From Lama guanicoe (taxonomy: Eukaryota), in NCBI GenBank assembly GCA_013239625.1, contig MU053652.1:62001-126000 (forward strand): a stretch of DNA of 64,000 nucleotides, read 5' to 3'. Below the pieces are notes generated by a model. The model saw only the letters and a program-made list of their open reading frames with translations. It was not told the origin of the DNA and did no database searches. The position numbers were made by a program, and so were the translations under genes. Position 1 is the stretch's first letter, and every line of letters begins with the position of its first letter. This document shows, one piece after another, positions 12,216 through 24,600 of the stretch.

Positions 12216-12779
12216 TGAAATCTGTGATCTGGTTGGAACCACATAAAAGTCACAAAAGTATTAGGGTTAAGACTGGGAAGAGACATGGAAGAATGAAAGC
12301 TTGATTAAAAAAAATCCTGTTATTGTTTTGACAATGTTCTTTGGGCAATATGTAAAAACTATTAATTAAATTATCTTAACAAGGAATGAAAATGACAAAG
12401 CTTCAGAAATTGTTCCCAGGGGCACCCCGGCTTCCCTTGGCTCCTCCGTTGCTGAAATTCCACTGTTCTCACTTGGAGTTGTCAGAGCTTAACCCACTGC
12501 ATCAGCAATGCCCTTCTTTTCATGAGAAGTGGCCCTGAAGCAGATGCCCAAGCACCCAGTGGGCAGGAGCATCTCCCGTGCATCTTGCCGCCTCCATCCT
12601 TCATCACCAGACGTCTCCCCAGGTGGGCAGCCTCATCTACAGATGCCCCCTCTTCTTAGTTACTAAAGGAAAAAGCAGAGGGGACATGTCTTATGAATTA
12701 CTAAACCCTCTTGTCCACCTGAGGACACCTGTGTCCTCACTTGTCTTCCTTCCTGGAGAGGGACGTCCCTTCTTCCTTC

Positions 12780-13260
12780 CCAGGTTCAGTCCCCCCACCT
12801 GGTCTCCTGATCACCCTTTGTCCTCCTCTCCACCTGCAGTCACCCAGGTCCTCCCACTACCGTTCACGCTACCTTCTCCCGTTGTCATCCGATGTGTTCT
12901 TACTGGCCTACTCCATGAACAAACTCCCCGAAGGAAACGCCTGCTCTGGCTGTTTCCATTTCCTCCCTCCCTCTCTCCTTAACCCCGGTGATTTACTGAT
13001 GGCCTCCCTTCCCATCACTACTCTCACTTGGCCTCTTAATTGTCCTCTTGAGCTCCTAAGTGTCAGATCAAGGACCCTTTCTCCATCTTCTTCCTCCCTT
13101 CCTCTTGTGTTGTTAAGTTGCATTGTTCCCCATCGTCTTCCTAAACCCGTACTTCCAGGCTTCCCAGCATGCTCTCTCTAACCTCTCCCCCACATCTCTG
13201 GCCACCTCTTCTGCTCCTTCAGCCCTGTTTTTATTTCACTCACATCCCTTAGCTACGTCC
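12780..13260 (+). mobile_element. L2 LINE fragments
   Basis: Pyrimidine-rich degraded sequence typical of L2 sense strand; a further piece lies at about 14090-14270. Confidence 0.5.
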
Positions 13261-14934
13261 AGTTATTCCCAGAGCGTCTGCTACTACTTCATCCTTCCTC
13301 CACAGAATTGGATGTTTAACTCACGCTGCATCTTGGGTGTGCAGGATGAAAAATGCAATTTTCAATGAGGCCTGTAACTAATGAAGTTTAATCAGGTGAG
13401 ATAATCATAAGAGCCCTTTAGGTGTTCTCAGTCTTCCTTGGACTGAAATGCTCAGTCCTTCAGCAAACTGGCCTCTCTCTGCTGGGAGGAGAGGCCCTGG
13501 CCCTGGGTGTGCTGGCCCAGCCGCCAGTGGGGTCCCTTGCTCTCCAAGATGATGCCTTTTTCTGGCCTCAGATCTTGAGCCACTGCTGTCTTGCTTGAGG
13601 TCTGCTCATTCAGGACCTGGGGGAGGTCAGTAGATGACAGGCCCCCATCTCAACTATCCCTGACCTCAGAGTCCCTAGCCCCCCGCCTCATCCTACATCT
13701 CCCATCCACTTTTCCCTTCAATCTCCTGATCCAGAAGAGGGCAGGAGAGCATGCTTTTTTTTTCTTTTCTAACCTGACTTATGTCATATTTGCCCTCCTC
13801 CAGATTTCTACCTGAGCCTTAAAGACAGGGCAAGAGCCTCACTGTGGACAAGCCAGTGGGGAAAGAGGGAAATAAAGGAATTTGGTGACTCCTCTCTCAG
13901 TACTGTCCTGGCTTGAAGACTCCTGTCCCACCACAAAATCCTATTTTGAATGTCAAAAGTTGAATGTCAACTTGGCCTTTCTCTAGGCAACTCTTCTGTA
14001 ACAAATTCTCGTCTCTTCCTGGACATATGTCTGCCTTAGGCCGACTGTGGGTAAAGGTCACAGACTCATGAAGACAAAGTAGAAGACCATTCACAATTTC
14101 AAATTATCTCTGCAGTTGTATTCCTGAATCTCTATGCCCATCTCAGCCCCACAGGCTTCTCTGAGTCCTAGTTTCCAGCGTCTCACTGCCTACTGGACGC
14201 CTGCAGACTCCTCTAAAGCCCAACTCATCATCTTCCCTCTTTTACCTGCTCTTCTCCCTGTGTCCCCAGAATCAGCGTTTAAGGGGAGGGAGGACAGTGG
14301 GACGGGGGTGGAAAGCAAGGAATTATGGATCTCCAGGACCAGGGGCTTTTCTAATTCCAAGAAGGCTTGGGAATCTGTGTTTTCAGCAAGTGAGCCGGAT
14401 GACTCTGATTCTGATGGAAGTGGGGGCATGTGAGCCACATTTAGAAAGGAGCAGAGTGGGAAGCAACCTTCAAAGTTGTCCCCCCCCCCCAGCTCTACCC
14501 TTCCCTCCAGCTGCACTGGAACTTGTCCTGCAGGCCTGGGCTCACCCGTACCTGCCTGGTGCTCTGGGTTCAAATGGCCCCAGGCTGGGCTGCCCCCGGG
14601 CTGGGACCGGGCTTCGGTGAGTGCCCGTCCCTCACCCCTGTGCTGGCCCAGCGCCGCCTCCCACTGGCCTGCACGCGTCACATCACACTGTGCACCAAGT
14701 ATTACAGCCCATCCTAGATGCGACCGCTCCCTCTGGTTTAGGACTTTCCTGAGGATGTTGTCTTCATCTTTGCATCTCCAGGGCCACCCTGGAGAAATAA
14801 ATCAAATGCCCATGTAGAAAGTGTCCACTCCAACGTCCCAAGAGCAAAGCTGAATCTTGTCCTCCACTGTGGGTTTTCCTCTCTGCTCCTCATGTCAGGA
14901 CCCACCCCCCCAGGCCCCATACCGAGGGAGGCAT

Positions 14935-15160
14935 GGCTTTGTGGTCGGGGCAGTGTGCACTCCAGCCTCAGACTCCTGGCTTTGCTGGTACATCCTCGGG
15001 CCAGTTACCAGCTGCTCTATACCCCAGTTTCGCCATCTATAAAATGAAGACCATAATAATACCTACAATGAATACTGTGTCTTAATGTTATTATGAGGCA
15101 AGAGAACATGTCCAAGCAGCCCCAGTGCCGCCTGGCATGTGGTAAGCGCCACAAAAATGC
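14935..15160 (+). mobile_element. MIR SINE
   Basis: ccccagtttcgccatctataaaatgaagaccataataatacctac...gcctggcatgtggtaagcgc. Confidence 0.75.
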
Positions 15161-16673
15161 TTTGCATGCCTCGGTCTGGATGGTTGGTGGCTGGAATGAT
15201 GACTCCTGCACGCCCAGGGCACTGCACCAGCCCCAGGCCCTTCTCTGCCTGTCTCATGCCCTTCTGTGATAAGAGCAAGTTGTCAGCCACATCACCCCTC
15301 CGGGCAAAGTTTCCAACAGGGGTCTGTGGCAGAGGTGCGCCTCCCTGGCCGGACATGCCCTGTCTTGGTGACTGACTCATCGTCCCTCTGTCGGTAACGG
15401 CCTCCCCATCTCTCCACCTGTCTAAGACATGCCCGCCTTCGCTGGCCATGTTTTCTCCCAGCCCAGCCCAGCCCTCAGGAGCCCCTTCCTCTGGGTCTGG
15501 GATGCTCATGTCTGTGTTATTCACCTGGCAACTCTATGCAAAAAGATACCAAGACCCTGGAGATTAGCAGGTCGAGGACAAAAGCCAAGATGACCCTGGA
15601 AGATGGCATTGCAGGGATGGAGTAAGATCAAGACTTAGATGAGAATTTGCACTTAGATTTCGGGCAGACCCAGCTCTGAGGCAAGCGTTGGCATAGCTCT
15701 GCAGGGAGCTAGGTCATTCTATTGGAGAGTCAGGCCCTGCCTGATGAGGACTTTTGACCCAGAGGAAGCACATTTCTGTCAGGCCATTCTCATCTGTCCC
15801 ACAGGCAGACCCTGCTCTGTCCTATGGGACCAAGACTGAAAGCAGAACTAGACGGCTCACACCAGCTGCTCATGGCCACAGCCTCCAGACGGTGGGTCTT
15901 CCCCGACCTCTTGGTTTCCGGAGTGGCTTGTCAGGGAACTTCTCCTTTGGGCTTCTGTCTTTTTCTTTCACTGTCTCCCTGCTATCCTGGCTCCACCAAG
16001 CCCGCCTCAGGCCTATAGTTAGAGAGTCCCTGGAAAGGATTCTACGGGCAGATGCTACCGTGGCTTCATGGTCCTGTGGGGGATCAGATGTTGCCACAGA
16101 TCTCACCGTTTCTTATCACTAATGTCCCTGCTCCAGGAGCCTAAGACCAGCATCAAAGTTTGAATAATCAAAAAGTATATAGCAAAATGGCTAGTGGGCC
16201 TTCAAGTACCAGGGCATCAGAGCCGGGTCAGATGCTGCTAGGGGAAGAACAGACTTCCCGCCCCAGAGTCTCCCCTAGCCCACCCTTGGCTCTGAGAACA
16301 TGCTGGGGAGCTGAGCCTGGGGGCCGCTTCTGCTGGGCGCGTCCAGCACCCTCCTTCAGCCGTGCAGGCTGGGGTTCCCTCGCTGCGGGGGTGGAGTGCC
16401 GCTGAGCTCCTGCCCTACGTGTGGATCGGAATCCATAGACAGACTGAGAACAAGTCCCTGGGAGAAAAAGGGATGCAAATTCTAACCTCCACTGTGTTTC
16501 GAGAATGAAAAAGCATGTTTGAAAAACTGGGTGACCCCAGACAAAGCCAAACTGAAATGGTCTTGGAAGACACCACAGGGCATGTTCTGAGCCAGATCCT
16601 GCAAAACCCAGGTGTCCAGGGGCAGTTGGAGCCTCGGCCCTGCCACCCTGTACAACGCCCTGAGGGAAATGGC

Positions 16674-16702
16674 TGTGTGTGTGTGTGTGTGTGTGCATGT
16701 GT
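16674..16702. repeat. (TG)n microsatellite
   Basis: Direct reading. Confidence 0.95.
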
Positions 16703-19230
16703 GAAGGAGACGCTGAGAGAGCTGCGCCTGGCCCGCCCTGCTGTGGAGGCCCCTGAGGGACAAGGACTAAGAGGCCACAGCAGTTTCTTCCCTCATAGGA
16801 CTATCGCAGAGGGTTGTCCCATGGTCAGCAGGCACAGGCCACGGGTTCAGGACCTCCACAGGCCTCGGGCTGCCAGGGCCTGGAGAAGTTCAGGTAGCAA
16901 GGAGGCCCCAGGACTGGTTCACAAATGTTTGTGAGCAAAACTCAGCGATACTCGGGGGTGAGGTCGTTTGCAGGATGACTGGACTTCTGCAAACAGAGTG
17001 GGCTGGGCTCAGGGGCGCGGGTTGTAATATAAGTGTAGCTGCTCTGTGTTCACAGGCTGAGGACGCCTGGGGCCGGGGCGAGCCTCCCTCCGTGTTTCTG
17101 TGTTTCTGATCTGTGGGGGTGACCAGCCCGTGGGCTCCCCGGCCCTGCACCAGCCCCGCCTACAGCAAACCCCCCTCCACTTGCTGGAGAGCAGAGTTTT
17201 GCTGTGGGGCGACTCTCCCCTCGTGTCGCCATCTGCACGGCAGCTTTCAAGATTCTCCTGCTCAGCGGGGCCACATGGATGAGATCCTCTCCCCTGGGCT
17301 AAGTGAGTCCTCTCTGAAGCCACGGGAGGGCCTGTACTGCCCTGGCTTCCAAGGTACCTGACGCCAGGTGGCAAGCGCTGTGGCCACGTGTGAGCCTTCC
17401 AGCCTGACACCTGGACCATCCTGGGCGGGTTACTTCTACTGGAACGTGGAGCTGTTACTGCGAGGTCAGTATAGTTTCTACCAGATCTGTCACTCTGTAA
17501 CTCTGGGATGAACTTGCAAAAGAGCACCCAACAGGCTGCTCAGGGCTCCTTCTCCAGTGCTCAGCCTGGGCGTGGCTTCCTGGGAGGCCCAGAGCTGGGC
17601 TCCTTCCCCACTCCAGGCGGGCGGGGGCCACGACAGAGTGGGAAGGAGAGGGCCTGGACGGGTAGGGTGTCTTTGTGAGCAGGGGTCCCTCCGACTCTTC
17701 CCCCACCTTTGATCTGTGCTTTGACCACAGTGGAAATCTACACTCTAGTGGAATGGGTTTGGTTTTTTTTGTTTCTTTTCCCCTAAAACCCTTTGTGCTT
17801 TTTTGGTTCCCTAAGTTTCCGAGGAAAAGTTTCTTTTGGAAAATTCCAACTCAGCTTCAGCTAAACAAAAGGGAAAACGGGTTTTTCCACAAGGGGTTCT
17901 GGGCTGATAGGGGAACCCAGAGCCCCCAACTGACACTGGCCCGAAAGCCGTGGAGAACTAGGAGCTGGAATGGAGGAAGGAACTCCTGTGGGGGCCGGAG
18001 CTGAGGTCAGCCCGGTGACACCTTGCCCTCCCCTCCATCATCTCCCGCTGGACGGGAGGGACTCTCACACTCACTCTCCTTCCAGGACCGAGCACCTGGG
18101 TTTCACTGGAGCCCTAATTATCCAACATACTAAGTCAGGTAATAGGATGAACACTCTCAGTGTGGACTTCTGTTCCAAAAGGAAAAACCCTCTGACGAGA
18201 GTTGGTCCAGGGAATCCTGGAACATTCTTTCCCCTTCTCTCTGCCCACAAGAGCCACTCTGATTTCTTTCTCTTTACCTCTTTCTCTCCCCCGCCCCACC
18301 CCCTCTCCCCCTTTCCCTTCTCCTCCTCCTTCAATAAGTATTCAAAGGCTTTTGAAAACTGAGATATAATTCACCCAACATAAAACTCACCATTTTAAAA
18401 TGTACAATTGAGTGGATTTTAGTGCGTTCACTGTTTCCGGTGGCTTCTTATCCCACTGACATCTTCCTTGGGAGAGAGAGGAAGGGAGCTGGAGCTGAAA
18501 GTTTCCTGACAGGTACCAGGCAGCTGGGCCACTGACATCCCAAAGGCGCGTGCCAGCCTGGAGACACAGCCACACCCCTCTCCGGAATGTCAGGGAAATC
18601 CTGTCCCTGGCTCTGGAAATCCTGCCATTAATGGGACAGGTGGATTCTCAGCTGAAGTTTTCCAGGTATCGGAGCCTCTTACATCAGTGGCACCAGGGTC
18701 AGCCCCTGAGAGGTTGGAGACCCCTGACCCCATGAGGAAGTCAAGCCTTGGGAGTGAGCTGACCAGGACAGGGCCCCAGACTGGGGGTCCCAGAGCCGCC
18801 CACCCTCGAAAGAGAGTCCTGGGATACTGGCTGAGCCTTCAGGGTCCTATGGCTAAATGCCCTCCTCCTACAGATGGGGAAACTGAGGCCCAGAAACTGG
18901 GCTCAAGACCCAAGACCCACCTCTTCTGACTTTGAACTAGAGCAATTCATTCAACAGTAAATAGTCATTGGACACCTCCTGTGGGCCAAGGACTTCCCTG
19001 GATGCTAGACAGGGATGACTGGCAATCCACATGCAGGAAATCCACACACTCCCAGCTCAAGGGAAGGGACCACAGAGGCCTCCAAGCCCAGAGAAGGCTA
19101 ACCTCGAGAAGAAAGCCCCCAGTAAGGCTCTGCAGCTGCCTCAGAATTTCCATTCCTGATCGTTTCCCTCATCAGGGCCTGTCATCAGCCTCCACTCTGG
19201 CCTTAAGTTAGTGGCAGAAGCTTCTTGGGG

Positions 19231-19610
19231 CAGTGATGGTATGCTGGAAACCGGCTCATACCAATTCATAAGAGCTGATTGTCACATTTTCAGGAATCTT
19301 GCAGAAATACAACTTATTTTAAAAATTAAATAATATAAACTTATAGCTAAATAACTTACATCAGAAACAAAGGTAATACTCAAAACTCATCACTTCCTAA
19401 TCATTTTATTACATTTTTTATTACCTGTGCTCTTGGGGTGATTTATGACTCTATTTCTATGAAATACTGTAAGATTGTACATCTCTTCTGTGTTCAGTGA
19501 TGTCATGTTGTGGCTGGAAATAGGCTATGGTGGGGATATTTATACCTTGGAAATGGACCCCTGCTACAAATGGTTTGGTTTTTCGTTTTTACATTTACCA
19601 GCCACCAAAA
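19231..19610 (+). mobile_element. MER63-like hAT-Blackjack DNA transposon
   Basis: cagtgatggtatgctggaaaccggctcataccaattcataagagctgattgtcacattttcaggaat...atttaccagccacc. Confidence 0.7.
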
Positions 19611-19683
19611 GTTTCTTTTTCCAGCAAACAAGAATACCCATCCAACCCAGTCACTTATTCAGCCAGCTATACATATATATTGG

Positions 19684-19686
<3 letters not shown>

Positions 19687-19716
<30 letters not shown>
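19687..19716. repeat. (TG)n microsatellite
   Basis: Direct reading. Confidence 0.95.
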
Positions 19717-19718
<2 letters not shown>

Positions 19719-19728
19719 CAATCTAGTA

Positions 19729-20032
19729 CAGGCAAACCTCATTTTATCACAATTCATAGATATTGCATTTTTTTTTAAATTGGAGGTTTGTGGCAACCTA
19801 GTGTCAGAAGATGGTTACTATCTTTTTTGCAATAAAGCATTTTTGAATTAAGGTATGCACATTGTCTTTGTAGACATAATGCTATTGCACACTCAGTGGA
19901 CTACAGTATAGTGTAACCTTCACTTTTATATGCACTGGGAAGCCAAAAAATTCCTATGACTTGCTTTATTGTGATATTTGCTTTATTGCAGTGGTCTGGT
20001 GCCAAACCCATGATATCTCCGAGGTCCACGTG
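19729..20032 (+). mobile_element. Tigger1-derived internally deleted element (about 300 bp) with TA target duplication
   Basis: TA|caggcaaacctc ... gaggtccacgtg|TA; interior ttggaggtttgtggcaacc and gacataatgctattgcacac...actacagtatagtgtaa match both Tigger1 ends. Confidence 0.85.
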
Positions 20033-20189
20033 TATTCGGGAGTCTCTGTCCCTTCACGTTTCTGTCTCTTTGAACTGTGATCATTCCTCCTTCTGCTCTT
20101 GTCTTCACTTCCTCTTTTTATAGAATGAGCTCAGTGAGCTTTCATGGTTCCTCATTCATGGCTCTGGTCACTTTCTGGTCCCAAATTTT

Positions 20190-20335
20190 AACACTCCCCC
20201 AGCTTGCCCTGGGTACCTGTGAAACATGCAGATTCCCAGCCCCCATCCACAGAGGTTCTGATGCAGTGGGTCTGGGGCAGGAATCTGCACCTGTACCAGG
20301 CTCTCCAGGTGATTCTGGGGCAGGTGGTATAAGAA
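20190..20335. mobile_element. MER5-like hAT DNA transposon
   Basis: aacatgcagattcccagccccca...ttctgatgcagtgggtctggggcaggaatctgcacc...ccaggtgattctg. Confidence 0.75.
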
Positions 20336-22279
20336 CAGCCAAATACTTCCTTGTGTCACTGACAAGCTATAAATAATAGTGTGTTTTTTGTTTTTCCCTC
20401 TAGAGAGGATTCATTTCTGCTACTCCATTCCCACTGTCTGTTTGTCACTCTCACTAACGCAGTGGTTTGGTGTTTCTTCTGTGTTAGTGTGACCAGTCCT
20501 TGTGAGCCAGATGAATCAACCCTGTGCTCTGATGAGCCAGGCCTTGCATCAGGTGGAGTCTGGATAAGGGGGTTAATGCAAAACCAGAAGTCAGAGCTGT
20601 CGTTTGCAGTTTCACCACGTGGTGGCGCCATTGCTCCACTCTTCATTTCTGGTCAGTTTGCTGGGATCCTGAAAGTCCCTATTCAATTTTGCTGATGGTT
20701 TAGAGTGAATATTTGTTGCCGTTCTGATATGTTTTTCATCCTCTGTTATAATCTCTGATTCAGGTAGACAGTGACACAATGAGGAGCCTGGAAAGGGGAT
20801 TGCATTTCGAAATTCTCACCCTCACCACTGGTTTCGGGGACACATTTTGGATAAAGACGGTCCCAAGCCCCAACAAAGACTGGGACCAGTGACAATCTAG
20901 TTGGGAGGGAGGGGGGACACACACCTCAGCGTCACAGGGAGTCATTTTTCTGCCTCTCTTTAGGCCCTAAGGCAGAGTTTACACACCCGTGGAAGAAAGA
21001 GACCGAAAATTTGTTGATGACCTCCCATGTGCCACACACCTGACGTCCTCACATTGAATCCTCACCATAATCCTGTATTTTATGTCTCCTATGAGGGAAG
21101 ATGGCAGGCTGGAGGAAAATGAGGCTCAGAGAGATCTCGCCAGATCCCGCACTCTTTCTGCACACAGCAGCATCTCTGCTCACTCACTGATCAAACAGGG
21201 ATAACAATGCAGATTTGCCAGCGATTCTGTTTTGGACAAATAGATGAGTAGGTGCGCCTCCCCCTGCATTCGGGAAGGAAAATATTGAGCCCCCAGCTGC
21301 CAAGCCAGGGACACAGAGATTCACTTCTACTGCCAAGGGCAGAGCAGATTAAAACATAAATGAGAGGAAGGGAAATGTAGTGCTTTTCAATGAATGGCAA
21401 ACATAGCCCCATCAGCGGCTAAAATCAATGAAGCAACAACAGACGATATCTGAGCCAACCAGGACGAAGGCCCAGAGGCCCACACCTCCTTCAGTGTCCT
21501 TAGGACGTCTTCCGTCTCTCTCACACCTGCGGACTCATCACCTGTGCCCCTCACCCCTGCTACCGCCCCAAAGACACTGGAGGGGGCATCCAACAGGAGC
21601 TACATGGGGTACGCACAGTATCTATGTCCTAGCTGTCTTGACCCATCTCTTATATCTAATGCAGGCACAGGCAGGGTGGTTCCAGGTTAACTAAGGGACA
21701 AAAAGAACTTAAAAGGGGCCACATTTAGGAAGTGCTTAGCGTCACTAGGAGGACAATTAAGTAGGTCTGATCTGGGAGGAAGGAGAATGAGCAAAACTGT
21801 GAGAAGTGAGGTGTAGAGGCTGCTGAACTCAGTCTGCCCCCCTCCCCGGCAGGGGGTGGAGACAGTAGGCACGTGGTCCTTTCGGGTGGGCAGCCTAGTT
21901 TATTTAAAATGCCTGCTGGGCTCTTTCACCTCACTGGTCTTCATGAGCCACCAGCTGGACACCTGACCCCACCGTGGGTAGCATCTGAGACCAGTGCTGT
22001 TCACGCCCCCTTCCTCTGCCTCACAGCAGACCTCTCTCAGGACTCCAGATCCACCTTAGCAAGGAAAACTCAGTTAACTGATGACCAGTTTGGGTGGCAT
22101 GCTGCTGAGGAACAATTTGATTGATTTGCTTAATACTAAACTGTGGATGTCAAGGTCACGTAACTGCAGCCTGGAAGGGTTGCACTGTGTGGCTTCCCCA
22201 CGGCCACTCACCAGCTGGGCGTTTGCTGCCCTGGATTGGTTAACAGTCAAATCCAGATGCATTGGCATCCTGTGGACTC

Positions 22280-22400
22280 TTCCACTGGAACATAAGCTTC
22301 TTGAGAGCAGGGATTTTTATATAGAATCTCAGGGAATCCATGGGGGTCCACAGCGCCTAGTACACTGCAGACACAATTCCTGCTTGTTGAATGAATGAAG
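22280..22400 (+). mobile_element. L2 3' end, with its (TGAA)n tail interrupted by a SINE
   Basis: taagcttcttgagagcaggg...cagcgcctagtacac...ttgttgaatgaatgaa; the tail resumes after 22562. Confidence 0.75.
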
Positions 22401-22562
22401 TTTTTTTCTTCTCAAGGTTTTTTGTTTTTTTTTTTTGGTGATGGTGAGGAGGTATTAGGCTTATTTATTTGCTTATTTATTTAATGGCGGACCTGGGGAT
22501 TGAACCCAAGACCTCACACATGCTAAGCACGCCCTCTACCACTGAGCTATATAACCTTCCCC
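22401..22562 (-). mobile_element. tRNA-derived SINE of camelid type (Vic-1-like)
   Basis: Reverse complement reads ggggaaggttataTAGCTCAGTGGtagagggcgtgcttagcatgtgtgaggtcttGGGTTCAATCCccagg...aaataaataagcctaatacctcc...poly(A). A box at 22539-22549, B box at 22497-22507. Confidence 0.85.
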
Positions 22563-24289
22563 ACTGAATAAATGAGTGATGAATGAATGAGGTGCAGGGG
22601 TTCATTCTCCCAATGAGATACAATAGGTTCAAAGAAATTTGAGCCTTTTTGGAGAGAAATAGCCTCAGACATTCTTGGCTCCCTGGCTGTGATGGGAAAC
22701 TCTGGGCTAATGGCCCTGTTCATCTCCTCAGAATGTCCCTACAAAATCCACCGCTCAGAGTCACCTGGGAAGCCCCGTCCCTGAATGCCAACCTGCAGCA
22801 GATGTCATGTGATTCTGAAACCATCCCACCTCCACCCAGCTCTCCACCCCCTCCCCCCACCAGCACCTGGCCAGGGAGCTGCTTCCCAGCTCCTGCTTGG
22901 GTTCAGGTCAAGATCAGCTCCCAGAAACACGCCTCTCTCCCGGACAGCCTTGCTCTAAATGTAAATCTCTGACAATGAGGAGGAAGAGCCTGGGATGGAA
23001 GGGCGGGAGAGAGGGAAGGACAGACCAGAGGGACATCGTGTGGAGACTGGCTGCCCCTACCGGACGCAGGATTTTTCCTTTTCCAGCAAAGGAGGTGGAG
23101 TCACACTCCACGGCCTCCCTGGGGGAGGGGACAGCTCCTGCTGGAACCCCTTCACTGTTCAGGTTTCCTCTCTGAGTCTCCAGGTTTCCCTTTCTGAGGA
23201 TGTTCCTGATGAAGGCAAGGACACCAGACTCTACGTCCTTCTCCTCCAGGTGATGTCCACTGTGCCACTGAATGAATCTAGCAAAGGAGTCTTTTATAAA
23301 GTTTTTGATTCTGAAGTGGAATCATTCATAAAAGATTGAGCAACTGTGGAGACCAGAAAACCTAGTCTTTTTAGTTGACTGATGAGGAAACAGAGGCACA
23401 GAGATGCTAATGGTCACAGAGCAGGTGATGGGCAGCTAAGACTTGAAATCTCCTGCCCCGCTGCCTAGCCCAGCTCTGCAGGACCACTGCGATGATGCAA
23501 AGAGAGATTCTCTCCACCAGGGAGTCTCGTTTCCAAAATGTACGCAGGTTCATTCAGCCTTGCACATAATTCCCCGAAGTGATCAAGTCTGCAAGCGTAC
23601 TCTATTAGCCAAAGTTGTTAAGGGTCGGCCACATTTACCAATTATCATCCTCTTTCTCTCCCCTTCATTCCCCACCTACTCTTTTCAAGTCCAACCCCCC
23701 ACACCCCTGCCCAGTTTCCAAATGACTATTTAGAGTTTAGTCATCGGGTCCTCATTCGGACCAATACAAGACTTGTGTCCATGTGACACCAGTTTATGGC
23801 TGGAGATTATTTCTGCTCCCAGAGTCAGCACCTCTTCTCCCGCCAGCTTCCCCTAAGGGCGGTGACTCCTGGGAGCTCTGGCTCTGACTTTGTGAACTCC
23901 TCTCCCGCCGGCGGTGTGCGAAGTAACCATGGAACAGGTGGCAGCCTGTGCCTTAGCTTCTACAAAGCCAGTAACAAAATGCATTCCTGGAAAAATCTAT
24001 ATTTCAGTAGTCACATTATTTACATTTTTCATTTATTAATCCTATTAGGAATGTTCCCTCCAGGAGTAGAATAAAGGTGGAACAAAAAAGCAAGACAAAT
24101 GGGCAACTCTTGGGGGGGGACCTCCATTCAAAGGCCTGCTGTTTCTCCTGGGCACAAGCTTATAGATCACCTCTGTGCAAAGAGGACGTCTGACTTGGTG
24201 CAGATACGGGAACATCTGTGGCTGAGTGTCTCCTGAAAACCCCCAAGATCCTGCGATATCCCAGCCTAAGGGAAGCTGCCGCCAAACAT

Positions 24290-24600
24290 TTCTTTAGAAT
24301 TCCGGTGATAGCCGTATCAAATGCGACAGGAAGTGTTGAAAAGACAAAATACGGCTGAATAAATAAGCCGACGGGAAGGCAAGCGGGCATGGGCTGTGCA
24401 GTTGGCTGGCTGGTGGTGACCGGCGAGCGGCGGGCTAAACACGGACCTGAATTCCTCAGGAACACGGTGAATGGAACTGCCTTCGTTTCAGCCCCGAGCC
24501 CGGCACTCAGTCCGCCCGGGATTATCGCTGGTCCCCGGGGTCGTTGTTGCTGTTTCATCCCCTGTCGAGGAAACACGACCCATCCCTAGGGATCAGCTCT
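24290..24600. promoter_or_regulatory. Small orphan CpG-rich element (candidate enhancer or promoter)
   Basis: About 23 CpG in 24301-24580 by manual count, in non-repetitive sequence; ETS motif ACAGGAAGTG at 24326-24335. Confidence 0.45.

Noticed and set aside
14134..18362. Dense overlapping 100-170 aa ORFs on both strands
   Set aside because: Expected in GC-rich DNA poor in stop codons. The peptides are Pro/Gly/Ser/Arg-rich with no recognisable homology or consistent splice framework.
22490..22555. Functional tRNA gene
   Set aside because: A and B boxes are present, but they are followed by an AT-rich SINE body and poly(A), with no clean acceptor stem. It is a SINE.
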